From a virus (lineage: Duplodnaviria > Caudoviricetes), in IMG/VR virus record IMGVR_UViG_3300035492_000055, positions 1 through 39,455 of that record: a stretch of DNA of 39,455 bases. One strand, 5' to 3'. Within the stretch, counting starts at the first letter, position 1; each line of letters opens with the position of its first letter. A program made the translations under genes and the position numbers. The notes beneath the pieces are model-generated. The model was not told the origin of the DNA, made no database searches, and was given only the letters and a program-made list of their open reading frames with translations. Shown here one piece after another: positions 1-6,123 of the stretch.

Positions 1-2
1 GT

Positions 3-47
3 TGGAGGCCGAGGTCGGAATCGAACCGGCGTACACGGATTTGCAAT
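3..47 (-). pseudogene. 3' half of tRNA-Cys(GCA); attR-type att core
   Basis: Reverse complement ATTGCAAATCCGTGTACGCCGGTTCGATTCCGACCTCGGCCTCCA has anticodon loop GCA, T-loop GGTTCGA and CCA end. The tRNA pattern stops at the anticodon loop (no D arm or 5' acceptor strand). Confidence 0.9.
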
Positions 48-73
48 GTGCGGCCCCAACGTCTTCGCGGACG

Positions 74-86
74 TAACTTACTGATT
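74..86 (-). promoter_or_regulatory. IHF consensus site next to att core
   Basis: AATCAGTAAGTTA matches WATCARNNNNTTR, about 27 bp from the core. Confidence 0.55.
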
Positions 87-1220
87 TTCTAGGGGTGAGT
101 CAAGGAGAGAATCCACCCGATGGTCGGTGAGATTCCCCCCACTTTTCACCCCAAGTTGGGCTGGGTGAGATTCCCCACTATGGGTCATCGTTTCGAGAGC
201 CTGGACGGCACTGGTGAGGGAGCTGGTGACCACCTTTGCATACCGGGTGGTTACACGGATGTCAGAATGACCCAGCCAGTCCTTCACCAGAGCGAGGTTC
301 CCTGTTGCTTCCAGTAGACGGGTGCCACAGGTGTGCCTGCAGGCGTGGAAGACGAACTCGGTATCGCCTGCCAGACCAAGCCGGGTGCGCATCCTGGCCC
401 ACGCATGGGTGACCGTGTGCTGGTTCCAGTTGGTAGGCCACAGAGATGACCCTTGGGACCTCTTGAGGGCAATCGAAGAGGCTCGATTGGTCAGGGGCAC
501 CGTGCGTGACTTGCCGGACTTCGTGGTGTTCCCAGCAAAGAACGCAGCATGTCCTGCGGAGGTCTGGACGATGGTCCGAGGGGTCAGCTGCAGCAGCTCC
601 GAGAGGCGTCCTCCGGTGTCTATAGCGAAGGCCACGAACTCATACATGGCTTCCCCTTCGTTGTCTCTCAGATCGGCCAGTACGGCTGTCTCTTCGGCCT
701 TGGTGAGGAACCGCAGACGCCCTTCACTCTCCTTGAGGTGGGGAATGTCGTAGCGGATGGGTTCACCGGCCTTGCGGGCGATGGAGGTCATCTTGCTGAG
801 TGCTGCCAGCTTGCGGTTGATGGTTGCATTCGACAGCGGTGCCTGCTTGCGCTTGGCCTTGGCGTGAGTCCGGGTGCGGAGCCACTGAATCAGGCCGTGG
901 ATGTTGTCGTCGGTGAGGTTGCGGAAGGCGGTATCGGCACCGAGGTAGTCGATGATGTCTTCTGCGTTGGAGATGGCGAGGGCTTCGTTCTTTGTCCCTG
1001 CCCAAGCCTGCTTGGCCTTTGCGAGACCCTGCCGGAGGGTCATGTGGGTTTTCTCGGTTACTTCCAGGAGTTCCTCGGGGGACTTGCCGAGGGAGACGTT
1101 CAGGCGGATGAGGGCTTCCCACTGCTCCCCTTCTTGGCGGGTTTCGGTGGTCTTGAGGAAGCGTTGACCCTTGAGGATGAAGTCTGTGCGATATTTACTA
1201 CCGCGTTTTGAGGTGGCCAT
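78..1220 (-). CDS. int: Tyrosine integrase
   Basis: Catalytic set R (TGGRLSEL), K (TKSGK), HxxR (HACRH), LGH and Y (TRYA); ATINRKLAAL core-binding motif; RBS AGGAG. Confidence 0.95.
   Translation of the reverse strand: MATSKRGSKYRTDFILKGQRFLKTTETRQEGEQWEALIRLNVSLGKSPEELLEVTEKTHMTLRQGLAKAKQAWAGTKNEALAISNAEDIIDYLGADTAFRNLTDDNIHGLIQWLRTRTHAKAKRKQAPLSNATINRKLAALSKMTSIARKAGEPIRYDIPHLKESEGRLRFLTKAEETAVLADLRDNEGEAMYEFVAFAIDTGGRLSELLQLTPRTIVQTSAGHAAFFAGNTTKSGKSRTVPLTNRASSIALKRSQGSSLWPTNWNQHTVTHAWARMRTRLGLAGDTEFVFHACRHTCGTRLLEATGNLALVKDWLGHSDIRVTTRYAKVVTSSLTSAVQALETMTHSGESHPAQLGVKSGGNLTDHRVDSLLDSPLENQ
126..176 (+). repeat. Direct repeat GGTGAGATTCCCC x2; candidate integrase arm-type sites
   Basis: Exact copies at 126-138 and 164-176, degenerate GGAGAGAATCCAC at 104-116. 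Confidence 0.6.
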
Positions 1221-1260
1221 AAAAGCACTCCTACAATTGCGATGGTGGTGATGGTGTTGC

Positions 1261-1593
1261 TTAAACTTCCAGACGGTTCAGTACCTTCTCGATAACCTCC
1301 TTACCCTTATCAGTGAGGAACAGCTCACGCTTGCGGCCATCCATTGGGCTGGGTTGCCAGCGTACCCAATCAAGGCCGGAACGGCCCTGACCCGGATACT
1401 TGTAGAGGGCCGTCACGTTGCGTGATGTGGCGGCGTTGGTGTAGCCATATCGATGCTCCAAATCCTTAGTACCCACCCCCTCGTCCATAGCGATGGCCAG
1501 GAACAGGTGGAGCTGTTGAATCGGGAGTTCCGGCGCTTCCTCGCGTAGTAACTGCACCGCCGCGAACAAGTTTGTGAGTGTTTTAAGTTTCAT
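1261..1593 (-). CDS. MarR-like winged-helix regulator, candidate repressor
   Basis: LPIQQLHLFLAI...TKDLE...AATSRNV...DGRKRELFLTDKG pattern; directly upstream of int. Confidence 0.8.
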   Translation of the reverse strand: MKLKTLTNLFAAVQLLREEAPELPIQQLHLFLAIAMDEGVGTKDLEHRYGYTNAATSRNVTALYKYPGQGRSGLDWVRWQPSPMDGRKRELFLTDKGKEVIEKVLNRLEV

Positions 1594-1639
1594 GTTTGGT
1601 ACTTCCTTTTTTGGTTTAGGAGTCCATGATAAAGTAACT

Positions 1640-1879
1640 TCAGTTCAGTAGTTTGGTCAAGTATTCAAGTAAATCACGGTTCCGAGGTATTCCCAGCCAA
1701 GCATGGCCAGCTGCTTCAATCACATGCGCGCCCTTTTCGCGGAACAGGTCCACTTCACGGCGTATTTCGTACCAGTACTCGATGACATCATCGAAAGGTT
1801 CAATCTCTTCGGGCATCAGCACCCGCAGCAGAGTTGAGTGGTCGTTCCACAAATAATCGTCCAGCACTACCATCTTCAC
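1640..1879 (-). CDS. Hypothetical early protein
   Basis: 79-aa ORF tiling between neighbours, GTG start. Confidence 0.6.
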   Translation of the reverse strand: MKMVVLDDYLWNDHSTLLRVLMPEEIEPFDDVIEYWYEIRREVDLFREKGAHVIEAAGHAWLGIPRNRDLLEYLTKLLN

Positions 1880-1891
1880 TTGCCCTTCGTC

Positions 1892-2110
1892 TCAATTACT
1901 ATTTTCTGCGTTCTGTAGCACGGTCACATCGACGATTCTGTCAAGAGTGATTGCCCTTTGCCGCTTCGGGTTTATGACCACAACCCGGTTGTTTTCAGGT
2001 TCATACACTAGGGTGCCCGTCTCTCTGCGCACCCGTCCGTCTTTCTTCTCAAAACTAACTGTAACGCTCATGTTGGCACACGCTTTCACTAGGTCTTGTA
2101 CGTCTGTCAT
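1892..2110 (-). CDS. Small SH3/Sm-like beta-barrel protein (WYL_2/DUF2693-like)
   Basis: VTVSFEKKDGRVRRETGTL...RAITLDRIVDV; RBS GGAG before ATG 2110. Confidence 0.6.
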   Translation of the reverse strand: MTDVQDLVKACANMSVTVSFEKKDGRVRRETGTLVYEPENNRVVVINPKRQRAITLDRIVDVTVLQNAENSN

Positions 2111-2282
2111 AGGCCAATCTCCGGGGGTGGATGTGCCACACCCCATTCTTACGGTAAACCCTCACAGGGATACGCCGGGAAAGATACCAAACAGCTGTTT
2201 GACTGAGCAACATCAAAGCGCCACTAATTTGACGAGGGTTGTTGTGCGAGATTGGCTGTAACGGTTGTAAGACATTGTCCAT
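2055..2282 (-). CDS. Small basic protein, possible excisionase-like HTH
   Basis: TAATG-coupled to the upstream ORF; ALMLLSQTAVWYLSRRIPVRVYRKNGVWHI weakly resembles HTH_17/Xis. Confidence 0.35.
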   Translation of the reverse strand: MDNVLQPLQPISHNNPRQISGALMLLSQTAVWYLSRRIPVRVYRKNGVWHIHPRRLAYDRRTRPSESVCQHERYS

Positions 2283-2446
2283 TAGAACACCCCCTTCCTG
2301 CGCTTCTGTTGGTATCTATAGGCACCGGCAAGGCTACCCCTGCCGATGTCATCGAAGTCGCCACAGTCGGCTTCTCTGGCGGTCCTGGGGCGGCTCAAGA
2401 GGCCACCCGAACCGAACTGCTGATGATAGGTCCGGCGTTTACGCAT
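2282..2446 (-). CDS. 54-aa basic hypothetical protein (not in ORF track)
   Basis: MRKRRTYHQQFGSGG...QQKRRKGVF; start overlaps the upstream gene end and stop overlaps the downstream ATG. Confidence 0.5.
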   Translation of the reverse strand: MRKRRTYHQQFGSGGLLSRPRTAREADCGDFDDIGRGSLAGAYRYQQKRRKGVF

Positions 2447-2639
2447 GGAGCACCCCCGAGTGTGTTGCAGCTTTGCAGATGATGCGGCTGAGGTAGCTGT
2501 ACTCAGTCATGGACAGCTCGCCTCGGTCATAAGCCTTCTCGGCGTTCACTTGGAGCTGGGCAGGATGCACCAACAGGGCGTCGCGTTGGGGTTGGAGGTG
2601 GCGACGGGCCTCCATTTCAATCAGTTCAAAGGTGTCCAT
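2439..2639 (-). CDS. Hypothetical early protein
   Basis: RBS AAGGAGAGTGCCTGAC-ATG; MDTFELIEME... Confidence 0.65.
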   Translation of the reverse strand: MDTFELIEMEARRHLQPQRDALLVHPAQLQVNAEKAYDRGELSMTEYSYLSRIICKAATHSGVLHA

Positions 2640-2896
2640 GTCAGGCACTCTCCTTCGTCGGTGTAAACGTCCACAGTGTGGCCTTGGCTCACCAGATGGC
2701 GCACAAGGCCGGTCAGGTTGAATCCCATGGTGTACTCCTCGATGGCCATGGCACGGCCTTCTACGACCTCGTAAAGGGTCACGAAGCGGGAGACGATGCG
2801 GTACACGTCGTCGCCGTAGTGGCGGACTGTCGAGGTGAAAGACTCACCGCTTGGGGTCTCGTACTCGACGCAGTTGGATATTTCGTAGCGGGCCAT
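2621..2896 (-). CDS. Hypothetical early protein
   Basis: RBS AAGGAGTGCCTGAT-ATG; MARYEISNCVEYE... Confidence 0.7.
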   Translation of the reverse strand: MARYEISNCVEYETPSGESFTSTVRHYGDDVYRIVSRFVTLYEVVEGRAMAIEEYTMGFNLTGLVRHLVSQGHTVDVYTDEGECLTWTPLN

Positions 2897-2917
2897 ATCA
2901 GGCACTCCTTTGAGGTT

Positions 2918-2933
2918 GCGCCGTCCTTGGCGC
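2918..2933 (-). promoter_or_regulatory. CsrA/RsmA-type GGA hairpin
   Basis: GCGCC-AAGGAC-GGCGC just upstream of an RBS. Confidence 0.55.
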
Positions 2934-2942
2934 TGTTGGGGG

Positions 2943-3278
2943 TTACTTGAGGGTCAGGTGTGGTGTCAGTGTTACCATAGCTTTCACCCAGTCCTCGGCA
3001 CTCACACAGCCGGGACCGTTCTCCAGCACAAGGCGCTTGAGCGCGTTCATCACGTCGGTGTCATCGTCGATAACGTCGTAGTCAAACACCCCGTCGTAGT
3101 CGTCAAAGCACACCAGCCGGGTGATGGCCTCGTCGATGCGCTCGCAGAGGTCCAGCAGGTCATGCATGAAGCTGGTTTCACTTTCACGCCACCACTCTGC
3201 GGTCTGGTAGCTGTCGCTTTTATCTCGGTAGTGCTTGTGCAGGTTCACCAGAAGATATGCGGTTGTTGAGCTGGCCAT
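2943..3278 (-). CDS. Acidic 111-aa early protein
   Basis: RBS AAGGAG; Asp-rich core FDDYDGVFDYDVIDDDTD. Confidence 0.7.
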   Translation of the reverse strand: MASSTTAYLLVNLHKHYRDKSDSYQTAEWWRESETSFMHDLLDLCERIDEAITRLVCFDDYDGVFDYDVIDDDTDVMNALKRLVLENGPGCVSAEDWVKAMVTLTPHLTLK

Positions 3279-3292
3279 GGTCGTTGACTCCT

Positions 3293-3475
3293 TCACTTTT
3301 CTGCAGTGGTGTTCTGTACCGGGCTGAGCACATAGCGCCCGTGTTTGTGTTGGGTGCATTTGGAGATGATTGTCGTCCCTTCTTTGTGGGTAACTGGCGA
3401 GCTGGTTAGCAGCACTTGTTTGCCTGTCTTCGTCACGACGAACACCACGTTGAACAGTTGGTTTTTCGGGTCCAT
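3293..3475 (-). CDS. 60-aa hypothetical early protein
   Basis: RBS AAGGAGTGCCTCAA-ATG; MDPKNQLFNVVFVV... Confidence 0.65.
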   Translation of the reverse strand: MDPKNQLFNVVFVVTKTGKQVLLTSSPVTHKEGTTIISKCTQHKHGRYVLSPVQNTTAEK

Positions 3476-3536
3476 TTGAGGCACTCCTTTCGGTTGGTTG
3501 GAGCGGCACCCCTCGGCACCGCCCTGTCGTTGTTGT

Positions 3537-3914
3537 TCAGTTGGTTTGCGCTTGCTGCAGCTGCTGGATGAGGGTCTCGACACCCTTGGCGCGGTCTGTC
3601 CAGTACTGCCCCCAGTCGATTGCCACGGCACCCGGGAAGGCACCGGTCGGTAGGTGTCGGTCACTGGCAAGGGCCACCAGCTCCAGCCGCGTGGTGATAG
3701 GTGCCACCGGGTCGGTCTCCATCAGCATCGCTGCCATTGAATGGGGGTTCACTTGGGCCAGCAGGTAGTTGTTGTCGGTCTTGAAGAGCACCCGTTCCAC
3801 GCCGTCGGTGATGGTCCACGTTCCGGCCATCTTTGAGGCCAGCTGGAGGTACAGGCAGCGGCTTTCGTGGAAGGTGTCAATCATTGTTGCCAGTGCTTTC
3901 GCTTGTGCGGTCAT
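3537..3914 (-). CDS. Hypothetical early protein
   Basis: 125-aa ORF with RBS GGAG. Confidence 0.7.
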   Translation of the reverse strand: MTAQAKALATMIDTFHESRCLYLQLASKMAGTWTITDGVERVLFKTDNNYLLAQVNPHSMAAMLMETDPVAPITTRLELVALASDRHLPTGAFPGAVAIDWGQYWTDRAKGVETLIQQLQQAQTN

Positions 3915-3930
3915 TGTTCAGGTTCTCCAA

Positions 3931-4017
3931 TCAGAGGCCGAGAGAGGCCAGAGCAGTGTTCAGAAGAGAGATGGCGGCACCCGTGGTGATGGCCACATAC
4001 AGCAGGAAGATTTTCAC
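3931..4017 (-). CDS. 28-aa hydrophobic peptide (not in ORF track)
   Basis: GTG start, MKIFLLYVAITTGAAISLLNTALASLGL, RBS AAGGGGG; fills the gap between two genes. Confidence 0.45.
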   Translation of the reverse strand: MKIFLLYVAITTGAAISLLNTALASLGL

Positions 4018-4030
4018 CTTTACCCCCTTG

Positions 4031-4046
4031 GAGACGTCCTTGTCTC
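4031..4046 (-). promoter_or_regulatory. CsrA/RsmA-type GGA hairpin
   Basis: GAGAC-AAGGAC-GTCTC (ACAAGGACGT) abutting an RBS. Confidence 0.6.
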
Positions 4047-4059
4047 GGTTCCGTATCAA

Positions 4060-4788
4060 TTAGGCCACAGCAATCAGGTTTGCGTTGCCGTACTTGTTCA
4101 CATAGCGCCCACTCAGAGCACCATGCACGTTGATGACGATGGAGGCACCGTCGCGGGTGGCACCGTTGCATAAGCCACACTCGGCACAGCTCAGTCCTTT
4201 GGAGTCTGCCAAGCATTCGATTTCACCGGGCAGCACAGGCGCTTCGGGAGTCTTGACGCGGAAGGTACGCAGCCCTTGGTCGTGCATCTTGCGGGCCTGT
4301 TTTGGGGTGTCCGCAGAGACCACAGTCCACTTGAGCACCTCATGTTGGAAGTTCTTATGGCCGATCTGATGGGTGTACCCTGTCCAGCTCTCGGCACGCT
4401 CCAGCAGAGCACCGAGGATGTCAGCAGGCACAGCAGCAGGGTCACCATAGGCACCGAGGCGGATGCGCTTGCCAGCGAAGGTGCTGGGGTTCCACTCGGT
4501 AGAGTAAACACCACGCTTGTAAGCCTTCCATACACTGGTCGGACCTTGGGCCACGTTGACGTAGCAGGCACCACCAATAGAGCGACGCTGAGGGCAGGCA
4601 CCACAGATGGAGGCATCAGCCTTGGTATCCAGTGCAGCCATGGGAGCCATGTCTTCACGGAGAATCCACAGCTGGACCATGTCACCGGTCTTTGCATTGC
4701 GGGTCTTCATGGTGGCAATTGCGACGATGGGTTGACCGTCCAGAACAGACGGACCTTGGTAGATAACGAAACCTTTAGGGCTGGCCAT
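4060..4788 (-). CDS. Cys-rich conserved phage protein (GP88-like, possible Fe-S/radical-SAM-derived fold); first early gene
   Basis: NAKTGDM, CGACP...ACYV, RLGAYGDP, WTGYTH, C...CAECGLC, VHG motifs; RBS AAGGAGAG before ATG 4788. Confidence 0.7.
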   Translation of the reverse strand: MASPKGFVIYQGPSVLDGQPIVAIATMKTRNAKTGDMVQLWILREDMAPMAALDTKADASICGACPQRRSIGGACYVNVAQGPTSVWKAYKRGVYSTEWNPSTFAGKRIRLGAYGDPAAVPADILGALLERAESWTGYTHQIGHKNFQHEVLKWTVVSADTPKQARKMHDQGLRTFRVKTPEAPVLPGEIECLADSKGLSCAECGLCNGATRDGASIVINVHGALSGRYVNKYGNANLIAVA

Positions 4789-4834
4789 AGTAGGCACTCT
4801 CCTTTGTTGGTTGGTTGGTTGAGGTTGTTTAATC

Positions 4835-4862
4835 GTGGGCACTCACAGGAGCGAATGCCCAC
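4835..4862 (-). promoter_or_regulatory. 12-bp RNA stem in early leader, RNase III-site-like
   Basis: GTGGGCATTCGC-TCCT-GTGAGTGCCCAC pairs fully only on the minus strand (two G-U pairs). Confidence 0.55.
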
Positions 4863-4897
4863 TGGTAAACCACCTTCTACCGTCGCTTGATTCCGAA

Positions 4898-4910
4898 TTG
4901 TTAAAGAGCG
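4898..4910 (-). promoter_or_regulatory. boxA antitermination element
   Basis: CGCTCTTTAACAA, about 20 nt downstream of the predicted start of the early promoter, preceded by hairpin GGGG-CCAGA-CCCC (4913-4925). Confidence 0.8.
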
Positions 4911-4936
4911 TTGGGGTCTGGCCCCGATGGATGCGA

Positions 4937-4965
4937 ACTATATCGCTTCCGTATCTAGCTGTCAA
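4937..4965 (-). promoter_or_regulatory. sigma70 early promoter 1
   Basis: TTGACA-17 nt-TATAGT. Confidence 0.85.
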
Positions 4966-5109
4966 TACCCTTTGACACTTTGTCCTTCCGGAACCGCTTC
5001 GACTCAGGAAGTCGCCCTTGGGTACTAGCCCTCAAGCCCCTTGACGTCTGGGCCAGCCCTGCCTGCCGGTCTTATGGGTGGTGGCCTTGTCGCCGTTCCA
5101 TGGTTGTGA

Positions 5110-5138
5110 ATATTACGGAACCGATATCATGCTGTCAA
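5110..5138 (-). promoter_or_regulatory. sigma70 early promoter 2
   Basis: TTGACA-17 nt-TAATAT. Confidence 0.75.
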
Positions 5139-5207
5139 CACCTCTTGATGATTTTTTTCGTCGGCCTTGGGGTCTCTATTACGCGCGCACCCGTTTCGTC
5201 TAAGCGT

Positions 5208-5320
5208 GGGACGTGTGGTGTGGCGTGTGGTGGTCGTGTGGTGTCGTCCAGGCGGTCGCCGGTCGCCCTGGCGGTGGTCGTGTGTGGTGGTCGTGCGGTG
5301 GTCGTGCGGTGGTCGTCAGG
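5208..5320 (+). repeat. G/T-rich short repeat array, GGTGGTCGT x5 plus degenerate copies
   Basis: Exact copies start at 5229, 5273, 5286, 5297 and 5308; tract almost free of A on the plus strand. Confidence 0.85.
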
Positions 5321-5469
5321 ACAAAACGACAGGAGAGCAAACAAGGGCGCAGGCTTGCGGAACAATGCGCCTTGATTGTTGCGTTGGATGCTCCAATCGC
5401 TCTAGAATGGGCCTTGTAGCGCCTTTGCAGTGCCCTAATCGGATGTCAAATCCGTGTAAAAGCCTTGCA

Positions 5470-5482
5470 AATCAATGACTTA
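5470..5482 (+). promoter_or_regulatory. IHF consensus site
   Basis: AATCAATGACTTA matches WATCAANNNNTTR; followed by TGGGTGGAA x2 (5491-5510). Confidence 0.55.
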
Positions 5483-5616
5483 GCGTTGTCTGGGTGGAAA
5501 ATGGGTGGAATCCTGCGCCGAGCATACCAGGACGACCCCCCAAGGGGGGACGCGCGCGCATCCTTATATTACAAAGGCCGCTCAGATTTTTCGCCCAAAA
5601 ACAGTCCTGGCGTTCT

Positions 5617-5946
5617 CTACCAGTTCATCTCCAGGTTCCCCCTAACAGCCTCTTGCCAGCGACTGCACAGTGCCCTCCCCGCTTCCGTGGGGTTCAGCAC
5701 CTTGGTGGGAGACTCAGGGTCAGGCTGGACGTATTCGACCAGTCCCTTATCGACCAGCTTTTTGACTACCAGGGAGAGGTTCTGCCGGGTGAATCCCATC
5801 TCGACAGTCTTTAGGTGGTGTGCCTGGGGTTTGCTTGGCTCAGCAACAACAGTAGCAAGCACCAGCATCTCATTCACAGTGAGGTTCTCTGCAGTAGCAG
5901 CCTTGAAGGAACTGAGCATCTGGACCAGATCAACAACTACTTCCAC
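5617..5946 (-). CDS. Second MarR-like winged-helix protein
   Basis: LTVNEMLVL...TRQNLSLVVKKLVDKGLVE...PTEAGR; RBS GAGGT. Confidence 0.75.
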   Translation of the reverse strand: MEVVVDLVQMLSSFKAATAENLTVNEMLVLATVVAEPSKPQAHHLKTVEMGFTRQNLSLVVKKLVDKGLVEYVQPDPESPTKVLNPTEAGRALCSRWQEAVRGNLEMNW

Positions 5947-5990
5947 AACTGCTACCTCAAGTGAACCAAGCGTTCCCTTGATGATACCTT

Positions 5991-6032
5991 AAAAAATACC
6001 CCTGAGAGAGCCGGGAGGGACTCTTCAGGGGT
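5991..6032 (-). terminator. Intrinsic terminator
   Basis: ACCCCTGA...TCAGGGGT stem followed by ATTTTTT. Confidence 0.75.
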
Positions 6033-6123
6033 GAAGGGAGAGGAGATACCATGACCAATACACTGCAGAGAGCCAGCTTCTAAGAGTATCTCTTAGAGAT
6101 AATCTTTTGATTCGACTTCCCCA

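Noticed and set aside
1-75. Intact tRNA-Cys gene
   Set aside because: Only anticodon loop to CCA is present; 48-75 cannot form the D arm or 5' acceptor strand
89-106. Seventh phage promoter (CTAGGGGTG matches the 35381 copy)
   Set aside because: Only 9 bp match; lacks TTACCCCC and lies in int coding sequence
1631-1660. sigma70 promoter for marR-int (TTGACC-18-TACTTT)
   Set aside because: Plausible but weak match in AT-rich DNA; not supportable without TSS data
5208-5320. CRISPR array
   Set aside because: Repeats are 9-11 bp with no unique spacers, and no cas genes are present
4980-5478. ORFs across the G/T repeat region
   Set aside because: Low-complexity translations of the repeat, no RBS, overlapping promoters
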